From the NCBI RefSeq assembly GCF_006345805.1, contig NC_043005.1, positions 25,234,001 through 25,298,000 of the forward strand: DNA of 64,000 bases, written 5' to 3'. A model generated the notes under the pieces. It saw nothing but the letters and a program-made list of their open reading frames with translations. It made no database searches and was not told where the DNA came from. The stretch is from Octopus sinensis. Taxonomy: Eukaryota. Position numbers and translations under genes: made by a program. Below, piece by piece: positions 1-12,239 of this stretch. The stretch's first letter is position 1, and each line of letters starts with the position of its first letter.

Positions 1-1060
1 TACGAAATCAAATCGAAATGAAACTCAATGTGTAATTAGGGCCATGGGCGACGTTTCGGGAGCTTGGAAGTAAGACATGATCGACCAGTTTCCGTTTTAC
101 CTTTCAGTTAATCAGGATACGCTCATCCTCTTTCTTTTCGAAATACGAGCGAGTGTTCAGTAAAGCTACATGATATATGTAATTAAGAATACACTTATTA
201 AACACAATTCCATTTACATAATGGTACACATTTGGAAGTCTGACAATTTTTGCATGCAATCAAACACACTGTGGGATGTGAATAATGAAATATACAGACA
301 TATAACTTGTATATATCTAATCTAACTGTAGGCGGTAGTGGGTTATTGGCAGCAGGAGTATTATAGGTCCTATAATACAATCATGATGCCCAAGTTAGGG
401 AACACTGGAGTGGTTTAATTTGAGAACAGAGTTATGCTTAAATTTATATTGTTTAATGAGGAGATTTGGAAGGAGCACCCGTAGTCACTGTTGAATCTTT
501 ATTAATTGTATCGCACCAGAGAAGTACAATACGATTATTGTTAGTATTAACTGGAGGCTAAACATTTGAAGGTAATCGCCTATATTCTTAAAATCAAGCT
601 GAAAGGAATCAACGACTGGTTACAATTTTAGAGAGCAAGGATTTAAAGGAAGTTTTAGAGCTGGATCAGAATATTAAGACACTTCAGGAATATGAATGAG
701 TGGTGAGTCTATTGCATATATTGAGAGCTCTGAGAATCAGGAATCGTTGTGGTGCCACTTGAAAAGTTCAAGAATGGATACGGAATTAGCTCTGAAAGGA
801 AATGAATTGGTTGGTTTAACTGAGGAATGATTCTATTTCGTTGAAAGTATTTTAAATAAAATTGAAGTATTCTTTTGTGTTTGCCTTTAAATATCCCCTG
901 CTTAGAAAGAGCAAGTCCGATAGCTGCTGTACATATTGGCTGTTATTTCTGATATTGGCACAAATGTCAATGGTTTTTAATTTAGTTCATCAGTGAGAAG
1001 AATTTTTGCTGGCATATCTGCAAATAATTTGTGAATGAGTTATTCAAAGAAAGAAACTAA
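1..1060 (-). mobile_element. Possible decayed Penelope-like retroelement end
   Basis: GACGTTTCGG at ~50-59 reads CCGAAACGTC on the minus strand, the 3' half of a PLE-type hammerhead. Minus-strand 810-980 gives a broken helical peptide (LKTIDICANIRNNSQYVQQLSDLLFLSRGYLK...NEIESFLS). No RT or GIY-YIG motif is visible. Confidence 0.25.
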
Positions 1061-1268
1061 GAGAATTTAAACATGCTTAACTGAGCGAAAGTAACCGACA
1101 AAAAGAAAATAAATAAAGGAAAAACAGCCAAAACAAGTAAATCGATGAATAAATCTATTTTAACCCCAGTAAAGTAATTTACAATGGGTAATCAAAGGTT
1201 TTCCAAAGTTTCTATCAGTTTCTTTGTTCTTAAATGATTCAGGAAGACAGCCAAGACAGGGAGAAATT

Positions 1269-1273
1269 ACACA

Positions 1274-1316
<43 letters not shown>

Positions 1317-1490
1317 CACACACACACACACACACATACACACACAGAGTCATATATATAAACACATGTTATATACATAAGCATATAAATACATGCGCAT
1401 ATAAATACAATATGCAAATATATATGAGTGTATATGTGTGTATGTGTGTGTATGTATGTGTGTGTGTGTGTATGTGCGTATGTGTGTGAC
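1269..1490. repeat. (CA)n and (TG)/(TATG) microsatellites
   Basis: Directly visible dinucleotide runs. Confidence 0.95.
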
Positions 1491-2479
1491 TACAAAACGA
1501 CGAGCGAGTGAGACGTCGAAAATGAAAGAGAGAATAAAATAAAGAGGGAAAAGGGAAAGAGGAAGGGTAAAATGCCATTAAAAGCTACGAATATAAAGCG
1601 AGGAGTTACTAATTGTTGTTTGGGAGGCGTCTGTTTTGATTAAATTCCATAAGACAAATATAATATTGTGATGTGGATTTGACTTTGACAGCAGAAAGTA
1701 TGGTTATATTTAGGAAATGAAGCAATCGATAGGCTAATTGCTGATTATCAACGATATTTTAATATCTCAAGACCAATATTTGCTATTTAGATATAATTGA
1801 TATAACATAAGCATTAGGACATTTGCCAAAGTTCTTCCATTGCTTTAGTCGTGATCTACTCGAAAGAGCAATTATTGGTGTAGAAGAAAACTTATCTTTA
1901 TTGAAAAGAAGAAAACAATTATTACAAAATACTTTTTTTTCCCTTTTCATAGAACAAAAACAAATTCAGATTTCTCTCTCACAACTTTCGAGAGAGAGAG
2001 ACCGATAAAATCTATGCATTTGAACAAAAGCATCTTGTGGAATTTGGTCTTTCCGATCAGTCTAACAAAACCATCTTGACTTTGTTCATTGTAAATGTAG
2101 AGAGGCAGTGACTGGGCAGCCAATGAACGATATCTTTACAAAAATACGAGATAAAATAGAAATAGTGAACAAGATTACTCACAAGTGGCGAGATAAAATA
2201 GAAGACAGATATATAAACTTTAATGACAAAAGATAGGCATTGATATTTACGCTATTTTGATATCATTTCTCAGCTCATTTATTCGGTTTCTAGACAATGT
2301 TGATTGATTGATTGATTCTAGTTTCAGCTTATGAGCTGTGGCCATGCTGGGGCACCGCCAATTGTTGTAGAGTTTCGATTTTTTTAACGATTTTGTCCTG
2401 TCAATTTTTCGTCGACTTTGCCTCAGTTGTTCTATCACCAACAGTTTGCGTTTGTCCCTACCCACCACAGCTTGATAAC

Positions 2480-2820
2480 TAGAGCAAGTAAAGGATAAAA
2501 GATGTTACAGTATGACTGAAAGCTTGGGAAGGTCAAGTGGCATGGGCAGTAGCGAAATATCTTCATGTAATACAACACACATTTAAATTGATAGGGTTTT
2601 CCTAAGTGTGTGTGCAGTACATGTCAGAACAACCTTTTGGATTTCTCGGAGACATAGTTCTCCTGGAACATTATCTAAATGTTTTTGGCATCCCTTTCTT
2701 ATCATACAAAGGGCGCCCTCAATAATAGGAACAGTTCTTGCTTTAAGATGCCACATCTTTTGTATTTCAATTTCCTGGTCCATATATTTACTTAATTTGT
2801 CAAATTCCTTTACATACTTT
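2480..2820 (-). mobile_element. R4/Dong-like (restriction-like endonuclease) non-LTR retrotransposon, 3' fragment, copy 1
   Basis: Minus strand translates as KYMDQEIEIQKMWHLKARTVPIIEGALCMI...EIQKVVLTCTAHTLRKTLSI*, the KY..L..EI..MW...VP..IGALG / QK..L..TA.ILRK C-terminus of this clade. Probable 3' UTR lies to the left. Confidence 0.8.
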
Positions 2821-2859
2821 TTCTTTTATACTTTTTATTTGTTTCACATACAAATATAG

Positions 2860-3025
2860 AACGGGCTTCCGCACAGTTTCTCACTAGTATATTAACTCAC
2901 AAAGAATTGGTTGTCCAGTGGCTTTTGTAGAAGACACTTATCCGAGGAGCCGCGCCGTGGGACCGAACCCAATAGCATGTGGTTTACAAAACGAACTTAT
3001 CTGTCATACAACTAAGTCCGCACCT
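2860..3025 (-). mobile_element. SINE family A, old diverged head
   Basis: Reverse-complement similarity to the family A head (gtagaagacactt, gggaccgaaccc, catgtggtt). Confidence 0.7.
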
Positions 3026-3073
3026 GAATCCATCCCTCTGAGCACGCAGAGTAATCCGTATTTAATTATATAA

Positions 3074-3295
3074 GGGCGGCGAGCTGGCAGAAACGTTAGC
3101 ACGCCGGGCGAAATGCTTTGCGGTATTTCGTCTACCGTTACGTTCTGAGTTCAAATTCCGCCGAGGTCGATTTTGCCTTTCATCCTTTCGAGGTCGATAA
3201 ATTAAGTACCAGTTACGCACTGGGGTCGATATAATCGACTGAATCTCCTTGTTTGTCCCCTCTGTGTTTAGGCCCTTGTGGGTAGTAAAGAAATA
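3074..3295 (+). mobile_element. SINE family B, full length, 17-bp TSD
   Basis: A-box-like TGGCAGAAACGTT and B-box-like GAGTTCAAATT; central CCGAGGTCGA.TTTGCCTTTCATCCTTTCG.GGTCGATAA domain. Perfect direct repeat CGTATTTAATTATATAA at 3057-3073 and 3296-3312. Confidence 0.92.
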
Positions 3296-3689
3296 CGTAT
3301 TTAATTATATAATACTTTATTCCATTATTCTCCATTTTATCTCAACACACAATAAACTAAATAAATGCGCCCTTTTCCACTCCTTCTTTGGTGGTAACAT
3401 AAGAACGTAAAGAAACGACCGCCCGTGAGCTCTGTATTTTACCCAGGGCTTAAAAATAAAATCAAACAGAAAATTACTTGGGGAAATTGTAACCTTCTAA
3501 TATTACACCATGATAGATTCTTCTATCGTTTGAGAAAGGAATAACATGCCGCTTAAGGGTTAACCGTTATTGTTTTTATATTTCTGCGCTTTCATTCGTA
3601 GGCCAATATTTCTTTATATTATGTTTCATTATGCATTTCGGTCTGAGATATTTACTCACATAAAATGTCTTTTGGCAACGCAGTGAATG

Positions 3690-4445
3690 TTCTGTCTCTC
3701 TTTATCTCCTCTCCCACTCTGTCCCACACATGTACACGCTCACTCACTCACTCACTCACTCACTCGCTCGCTCGCTCTTTACCCCCCTCTCTGTCTAATG
3801 CACACGTACGTACAAGTACGCACACCTTCACACACATACACAGACTCTCTCCCTCCCCCTACCCTCACAAACATGCACAAGAGCACACTCACACATGCGA
3901 TTGCTTTCTCTCTCACTTATGCGCTCACACACACGCACAAGCACACGCACACATACATTTGCACAGACACGCACACACATGCAGATACACTTATACATAC
4001 ATATACACACATATGCTCTTTCTGTCTCTCCCGGTCACATACAAACACACACACATACTCACACTCACATATATATGCTCTCTCACTGTCTCTTTGTTTC
4101 TCTGTCTCTCTATCTCTCTGCCTCTCTGTCTCTCAGTTGCTCTGACTCTCTCTCTCTCTCTCTCTCTCAGTTTCTCTGTCTCTCTGTTTCTCTGTCTCTT
4201 TGTCACTCTGTTTCTCTGTCTCTCTATTTCTCTGTCTCTCTATTTCTCTGTCTCTTTATCTCTCTGCTTCTCTGTCTCTCAGTTTCTCTGTCTCTCTGTC
4301 TCTCTGTTTCTCAGTTTCTCTGTTTCTCTCTCTCTCTCTCTTTCTCTCTCTCTGTCTCTATATCTCTCTGTCTCTCTTTTTTTCTGTCTCTCTATCTTTG
4401 TCTCTCCCTACCTATTTCTCTGTCTCTCTGTCTTCCCCTCTCTTT
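3690..4445. repeat. Compound (CA)/(CACT)/(CT)/(TCTCTG) low-complexity tract
   Basis: Visible repeats; accounts for all of the 3665-4481 ORFs. Confidence 0.95.
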
Positions 4446-4983
4446 GAAGTGAAAATTTATGCAGTTTACGCAGAGTTATAAAATGTACCGAATCACCTAG
4501 AATCTTAATTAGAATCTGAAAAATTCCTGTCTAAATCATTTGCCGCATGCTGTTAATATAAAACACCTGAGGTCATTATTCACTCATGTATTGCGGTATT
4601 TCGGCTCAAAGTTCCAAGTTCTTAGTTTCAATGCTTCGAAAAGCGATAAATACCTGTAATAACTTTCTGTCATATCATTTAAATCAACCTACTTTATTAG
4701 ACCATGTCTAAAATTTATGATCTTTTGTATTAGATACAATAAGAAAGGAGCTTCATCCATAGAACTGGATCCCGTATAACATTGGCAGTTATTTTTTTAG
4801 ATCCGGAACCCCTAACGATTTAAGTCTACCATAGAAGAAGTGGAATAGTTTCTGAATTTTCACCCAAAAATGGTAGAACTTGCACAGAATTTCTGTTTAC
4901 CAAAATTTACTTACTGGATTTAGCCCTGAGGGCATTTGCCTAATGTCCCGTGCAGTGTGACTGAACTCACACCATAAAGTTTT

Positions 4984-5221
4984 TTGATAGGGTTTTCCTA
5001 AGTATGTGCGCAGTACATGTCAGAACAACCTTTTGGATTTCTCGGAGACATAGTTCTCCTGGAACATTATCTAAATGTTTTTGGCATCCCTTTCTTATGA
5101 TACAAAGGGCGCCAGCAATAACAGGAACAGTTCTTGCTTTAAGATGCCACATCTTTTGTCTTTCAATTTCCCGGTCCATATATTTACTTAATTTGTCAAA
5201 TTCCTTTACATACTTTTTCTT
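4984..5221 (-). mobile_element. R4/Dong-like LINE 3' fragment, copy 2
   Basis: Near-identical to 2588-2825; translates as EIERQKMWHLKARTVPVIAGAL...TAHILRKTLS. Confidence 0.8.
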
Positions 5222-5440
5222 TTATACTTTTTATTTGTTTCAGCCATTTGACTGCAGCCATGCTGGAGCAACGCCTTTAGTCGAACAAATCGACACTAGG
5301 ACTTATTCTTTGTAAGCCTAGTACTTATTTTATCGGTCTCTTACTACCGACCCGCTAAGTTACGGTGACGTAAACACACCAGCATCAGTTGTCAAGCGAT
5401 GGTTAGAGGACAAACACAAATATACAAACACTCATACACT

Positions 5441-5500
<60 letters not shown>

Positions 5501-5665
5501 TATAAATATATATATATATATATACGACGGGCTTCTTTCAGTTTCCGTCTACCAGATCCACTCACAAGGCTTTGGTCGGCCCGAGGTTTTTGTAGAAGAC
5601 ACTTGCCGAAGGTGCCACACAGTGGGACTGAACCCGTAACCTTGCAGTTGGTAAGAAGCTACTTA

Positions 5666-5668
<3 letters not shown>
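5222..5668 (-). mobile_element. SINE family A (tRNA head, CORE-like region, internal microsatellite, conserved 3' half)
   Basis: Reverse complement of the 16620-17060 copy, including CAGCATGGC.GCAGTCAAATG.CTGAAACAA near the tail. Confidence 0.9.
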
Positions 5669-5701
<33 letters not shown>

Positions 5702-6064
5702 TTAATAATAATATTATTATTATTATTATTAGTAATTGTAATAGTAGTAGTAATATCAGCTTTATCTTCGAATTTACGTTGGTGGTTGATATTACTAAAG
5801 ATGTGTTGTAGATTGAAAAAGAATAGTTGGGTGAGGGCTTGTTTCCTTGGTCACCATGGGTTAGGGTATTCCTGGGTTTGTGTGGTTCCTTGATTGGCCC
5901 AAGCTGAAAGTAATTGTATCACGGATGTGTTCATATGTTTTGTGCACCGGAAATGCTCTCTATCTTACTTCCTTCTCCTTTCAATTTCTTCCGCACAATT
6001 TTTATATAAACCTTAACACAAATTCTAAACAATCCTTTTTATATCCCCTCATCTGATATCCCTA

Positions 6065-6293
6065 CAGCATCATCAACATCACCACCACCACCACCACACA
6101 CATCATAATCAGTATTATGTTTTTGTTGTTGTTGTTGTTTTTGTTGTTGTTGTTGTTTTTGTTGTTGCTGTTGTTGTTGTTGTTGTTCTTCTTCTTCTTC
6201 TTCTCTTCTTCTTCTTCTCCTCTTCCTTTTTCTTCTCATCATTACCATCATCATAATCATCACCATCATTAATATTATTAGTTGTATCAACAT

Positions 6294-6340
<47 letters not shown>

Positions 6341-6417
6341 TACTACTACTACTACTACCATTATTATTATTATTAATATTATCATTATTAATATTATTAT
6401 TGTTGTTGTTGTTGTTG

Positions 6418-6468
<51 letters not shown>

Positions 6469-6490
6469 TATTATTATTATTATTATTATC
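6065..6490. repeat. Compound trinucleotide microsatellite (CAT/CAC/GTT/CTT/TAC/ATT)
   Basis: Directly visible. Confidence 0.95.
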
Positions 6491-6819
6491 TATCAATTGT
6501 TTTCTCTAGAATTGAGAACAGAAAGTGTTTGTTAAAAGAAGGCTCTGGAATCATCGATAATTTCGGTAAACAATAGAAATTGGAATTGATATGATACAAT
6601 CTAAAATATCGATCACTTAATTCTGTGTGAACGGCAAACGAAGAAAAACCAATAATTAACTTTCAATTGTTTAAGCATTTATTAAAAAAAAACAAAAAAA
6701 TGCTAATCGATTATTGTTCAAATACAAGGATTATTACGTAATTATCTATCGATTCTATATTGCGTTCACATATCAATTTTCTTTCGTTTCCATTTCATAT
6801 ATATATATATACATATATT

Positions 6820-7160
6820 ACGGAGATGTACTTGCATAGCAAGTGACCTGATCTGAGATCGTGTGCTGGAAGGAAAACAATTGCAGCGTGGAAGGTTGCA
6901 GCGGTCTCAAAACGACGGAAGCTATTTAGGAAACACACAAAATCCGTTAGATTCACATTTAAATATAATTTGTCAAAATATTTTCGTCGTTTTGAGACCG
7001 CGACCTGTTCATTGACAAAATTCCGATGCAGCACGGAATTTTATCAGTGAACAAGTCGCGAAAATATTTTGACAAATTTAAATGTTGAAGTAAATCTAAC
7101 GGTTTTGTGTTTTTCTTAAATGGCTTATAAACACCTTCCACGCTGCAATTGTTTTTGTGT
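6820..7160. mobile_element. Fold-back (palindromic) non-autonomous element between (TA)n tracts
   Basis: Perfect 23-bp inverted repeat AAAACAATTGCAGCGTGGAAGGT at 6874-6896 / 7133-7155. Further imperfect pairing inward, centred on AAAATTCCG-n8-CGGAATTTT at ~7017-7042. Confidence 0.8.
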
Positions 7161-7190
7161 GTGTATGTGTATATGTATAATGTATATATG

Positions 7191-7252
<62 letters not shown>

Positions 7253-7372
7253 TTTTTGTAATCGGCTGAAAGTTCCAGAAGTAACTCGCACACGGAAAGT
7301 CTCGTTCGAGGTATTCATAATGAATTCCTTAATTACCATGCACGAGAATTTCAGTCCTTGAGTCGGGGATCC

Positions 7373-7702
7373 CTTCGATAATGAATGACCATGGGATTTC
7401 ACCTAGAAAGTTACCCTTCGAGGCACAATTCCGGGTAAGGTTGTTTATAGAAGACCAGCAGTAACCCATGCGTACCAGCCTCTCCTCTCTATGCCACCGA
7501 TGTTATCCAAGGGAAGGGCAAAAGGGCCGATACAACTTGGCACCTGTGACGTCGCAACTCATTTCTACAGGTGAGTGAACTGACGCAACGTGAAATAATG
7601 TGTCTTGCTCAAGAACACAACACGCATCCCGGTCTGGGAATTGAACTCACAACCTCACGATCGTAAGCTCGACGGTCTAACCACTGACCCATACGCCTTC
7701 AC
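7373..7702 (-). mobile_element. SINE family C (tRNA-derived)
   Basis: Minus strand begins GTGAAGGCGTATGGGTCAGTGGTTAGA...GAGTTCAATTCCCAG (A and B boxes) then GTTCTTGAGCAAGACAC. Second copy at 34564-34890. Confidence 0.85.
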
Positions 7703-7899
7703 ACGCTCTTGAGTATCTTCTCTAATTTTCGATTAAAAGTATACACACACACAAGCGCGCGCCGACATGAAGATGTTTTAATACGTATCCGTGGAGGTAC
7801 AGCTTCTTAGGACGGATATAATGAAAAGGTACGAAATGAAGAATCACAAGAGTATATGTATTCTTAAGTACCATCATCTATTATAATAAAACAAACCTG

Positions 7900-8528
7900 T
7901 AACGCCGGGCGAAATGCTGCGAAGCAGCATTTCTTCTGTCTGTGTTCTGAGATCAAATTCCGCCGAGATCGACTTTCCCGTTCAATAAATTTCCAGGGTC
8001 AATAAATTAAATACCAGCTGCATACTGGCGTTGATCTAATCGACTGGCCTCCTCCCCTAAAATTTCGGGCCTTGTGCCTAGTGTAAAAAGAATATCTTAA
8101 GCCAGCGAAGTAGCAGAAATGTTAGCAAGCCGGGCGAAAAACTTAGCGGTATTTCGTCTGTCTTTACGTTCTGAGTTCAAATTCTGCCGAGATCGACTTT
8201 GCCGTTCATCCTTTCGGAGTCGATAAATTTAGTAGGACTTGCATCCTGTGGTCGATCTAATCGACTGGCAGCATCTCCAAAAATTTCGAGCGTTGTGCCT
8301 AGGGCAGGAAATAAAAATATTTTAAGGCAACGAGCTTGCAGAAACTTTAGCACGCCGGACTCAATGCTTAGTGGTCTGTCTTTACGTTCTGAGTCCAAAT
8401 TCCGCCGAGGTCGACTTTGTATTTCATCCTTTCAGAGTCAATAAATTAAGAACCAATTGCGTAATGAGGTCGATGTAATCGACTTGCCCCCTCCCCAAAA
8501 TTTCGGGCCTTCTGCCTAGAGTAGAAAA
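7900..8528 (+). mobile_element. Three head-to-tail SINE family B copies (~7900-8092, ~8098-8312, ~8325-8528)
   Basis: Each repeats ccgggcgaaa...gttctgag.tcaaattc.gccgag.tcgacttt...cttgtgcctag. Confidence 0.88.
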
Positions 8529-8959
8529 TAATAAAATACACCTATGTGTGTGTGTCTGCGTTCGCTTTTCACGCGAAAACGGCTGCGCGAATTGCTTCCA
8601 TACTTGGAATGCGTGAAGAATTTGACCTCCGATACCCAATAGCGTCATCGTTTTCTTTATTGAACATACATAATTTTTCTTCAAAATTATGATCCACTTT
8701 CCTCACTGTCATCTTCCGTTGTTGAAATTCTCCGTTTTAATTTGCGAGGTCTCTCTAATTTAATGTTTTAATTTCAAGTTTTAATTCGCTATTTGTAAGC
8801 AACTACGATAAATTACTGAAAGAATTATTTATTAAGTTCACGATTTTAAATATCCGGTACAAGATAGTTTTAACGAGCTTTATTTATACGATTTTAGCCT
8901 TTAATGTTTCTCTAAACCATTGTTTGCAATGTTCCCTCTCCACACCTCACTCTATCTTC

Positions 8960-8991
<32 letters not shown>

Positions 8992-9527
8992 ATACACACA
9001 CTCCAAGTTTGATTTCGTTATTAAACAAATATCACATTAAAATTTTGCAATTCAACATGGGGCGTCCCAAAAGAATATGGGCATTCTTTCACTTCAACCC
9101 GCACACTTTGTTAATTTCCGTAATGTTTTTTATTTATTTACTTTTTGAGCATCGTGTTACCTCTATGTGTTTGTAGCCAGTCACACATGCCCACGTGTGT
9201 CTTACTATGCACGTTTGTATACATTTATATATGTGTGTGTGTGTGTTTGTGTGTGTAAGAGAGAGTAAGTGAAGGAGTATGTTGTCATGCATACGTACAC
9301 ACATAAATACATATGCATACATCTTTTTGTATGTATGTGTGCGAGTGTGAGAGAGAGAGAGAGAAAGAGAGAGATGTCTAAGTGGCACTCAGTCTCTCTC
9401 TCTCATGCACACACGCACACATAGATACAAAAAAGATGTATGCTTATTTATTTGTGACAACACACCCCTTCACTCGCTCTCTCTCTCTCTCTCTCACACA
9501 TACGTCAATTTCATCTGATATTTGATA

Positions 9528-9561
<34 letters not shown>

Positions 9562-9649
9562 GTGCGCGCGTGTGTGTGTGTGTGTGTGTGTGAGTGTGTG
9601 TGTTTCTGTGTGTGCGTACGTGCGGCGTTCCACAATCGCCAGAAAAAAT

Positions 9650-10935
9650 CTGGGAAATTTTCTTTCTTGATGCTCCTGGTGGCACAGGTAAAACATTTGT
9701 AACAACATTGCTTCTCTCGAAGGTAAGCCAACAAAAAAGAATTTCAGTTGTTGTAGCATCGTCTGACTTTGCTGCCACCATTCTCCCAAGAAGACGATCA
9801 ACTCATTCTACTTTTAAAATACCGCTAAACCTAGTCACAAATGACAGTCCAATTCGTAACATTAGCAAAGATTTAGGTTCAGCAGAAGTGTTGCGTAATG
9901 TCACCTTATCACTTGGGATAAATACGCTATGTCGCATAGAGGTGCAATGGAAGCTCTTGTTAAGACCTTACAAAGCACAAGAGGCAACAATAAATATATG
10001 GGAGGAGTTACATTAGTTTTATCAGGAGACTTTAGACAGACATTACCAGCCATTCCGAGACGAACAAGACCTGATGAAATAAAAGTATGCATTAAGTTTT
10101 CACACCAACGGAATAAAGTGCAGAAATTCTTCTTTAATACTAATGTGCGAGCTTTATTATATGGGGACCAATGTACGTAACAGTTTTCAACATGATTCCT
10201 CCAATTAGGAAATGGGAAAGTACCATTTGATGGGAATGGAGATGTCAATTTGGCTCATATTGCTATCATGGTGAATTCCTCAGCTGAATTAAATAACAGG
10301 CTATTTCCAGATTTAAGTATTAATTATAATTCACATAAATGGTTGTGTGAAAGGGCGATTCTTGCTCCAAAAATAAACGAGACAAAAGCAAGGATTAACC
10401 ATGAATGAACAAATAAGATTCTAACAGTCATTAAAGAATACAAATCAGTTGATGCAGTCCTTGATGAAAATCAAACCGTCCATTACCAAACAGAGTTCCT
10501 TAATTCTCTTGAGCCACCTGGAACTCCTTCGTATAAACTTTTTCTGAAGGTCAGAGTCCTAATAGTGCTTCTAAGAAATTTAGATCTTCCTAAATTATGC
10601 AGTGGGACAAGGTTGATTGCGAAGACATTATCACCTAATGTGATAGAAGCTACCATCATTACTGGATGTGCCTCGGAGGAAGATGTTTTCATTCCAAGAA
10701 TTCCAAATCAAAACAACAAACTTGCCATTTGAGTTCAAACGAACACAATTCCCAGTGTGACTTTGCTTTGCAATGTCAATTAATAAAGCTCAAGGTCAGT
10801 CTTTAAAATCTACTGGCTTGCTTTTCTCATGGTCACCTTTATGTTGGTCGCTCCGGGTTTGGGAGATTGCAAGACTTATTTGTCTATGCTCCAAACCAGA
10901 ATGCGATGAATGTTGTTTACCCAGAAGCTCTTACG
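9650..10935 (+). pseudogene. Helitron RepHel PIF1-like SF1B helicase domain, frameshifted
   Basis: Motifs in order across frames: FFLDAPGGTGKTF (Walker A), VASSDFAATIL...THSTFKIP, GGVTLVLSGDFRQTLP, RAILAPK, VLLRNLDLPKLCSGTRL, IPRIP, FKRTQFPV*LCFAMSINKAQGQSL, FSHGHLYV. Multiple stops and frameshifts; no Rep domain. Confidence 0.92.
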
Positions 10936-11002
10936 TAACTTCTTCCAACATATGTCATAGAATTTATTTCCTTTCATAATAGCGGTAAATTTTCTATTTT
11001 TG

Positions 11003-11004
<2 letters not shown>

Positions 11005-11062
<58 letters not shown>

Positions 11063-11075
11063 TATTATTATTATC
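11005..11075. repeat. (ATT)n microsatellite
   Basis: Visible. Confidence 0.95.
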
Positions 11076-12239
11076 TTGTATTATGAATTCAAAATTGATT
11101 TCCCAATTAAAGAATAAATTGTATCCCAATTAAAGAATAAATGGAATTTACAATAGCAAATTTCTATACAATATATTTTGTATTTTTTCCCCAATATATA
11201 AGGAACAATTTCATTCCCGGGTAACGCCGGGTGCCTCTGCTATTATATAATAAATACACAAATACCTTTTTATTTCGAATTATACATCCCCGATGAATTT
11301 AATATGAGTTCTGAAATATTCGTAATTTTGTAAAAATTACTCAGCTTTGGCATTTACTACTTCTTATCTTTCCATGGATATACTCTTAATTTTGTTGTGA
11401 GAAATATATTTCTATTCATATATATTTGCTTCAAGTTCCAGAACGTTCTCCTTCAGAGAAAATTCCATTCCAATCCGATTTCGTATACACTTCTGGAGCA
11501 CCTCTTAGATAAGTTTTCTCTTATCACACTTTCTTTGTCATTCCTTAGAAATTTTATTTCCTTTGACGTCAGTCGAAAGTGAATCTGTGGAGATAAGTTT
11601 GCACTAAGTGATCGCTTAAACAATTACCTCATCTCATATTCATTTGTCACTATAAATTTCTATGAATAGCTTCAAGTACCAGGTTATTTCTTTAGGTATC
11701 AGTCATCTTCTTAAACCTATTCGTGAATGAATATCTGTTTTTCAGTACTCAATTACCTAGAAATTATAAAACGAACTACAACTGTTGCACACAGGTTGCT
11801 CTTATTCAGTATGTGTTTGTTGATATGATGACATTTAGAATATTTTTTAATGAAAAGTCCCACATTCTTTTGGGTTAAAAAGATTAACAAAAGAGTTATG
11901 CATTTGTCGCTAATAAATTACTCTCAATATTTTCAAAGATTTATTTAACGTATTTAATGGAATAAAAGATGCAAATAATAGCGATGCATTTCAACAGAAA
12001 TATTGTAATAAATGGTTCAAAAGAATAATTGTTTGTAACATTTTTAGAGTAATTCCAATAAAATAATTATCAAGAGTTTTCTGGAGGCATTCAGTGAGCC
12101 ATTTAAAAAAACAACAACTAGCATTGGTTCATATAAATTGAAATAACAGAAGATATGCATCGCAAAGTAGATTATAATGATTTTCTTTATAATATGGAAA
12201 ATAGTAAAATTGCGACTCAATCTCAGTATATTTAAAGAT

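Larger units (their letters stand above)
8530..11243 (+). mobile_element. Helitron remnant (5' boundary uncertain)
   Basis: PIF1-type helicase pseudogene inside. Helitron-type 3' end: hairpin CCCGG-GTAACG-CCGGG (11216-11231) followed 8 nt later by CTAT (canonical CTRR). The 8540-8610 segment resembles the GTCTG/AAAACGGCT motifs near Helitron 5' ends, which is a weaker inference. Confidence 0.7.

Noticed and set aside
3665-4481. Long ORFs up to 260 aa (HT/SL-rich)
   Set aside because: Pure translation of CA/CT microsatellites, open in several frames at once.
9594-10979. Host PIF1 helicase gene
   Set aside because: Intronless, frameshifted, and followed by a Helitron 3' hairpin.
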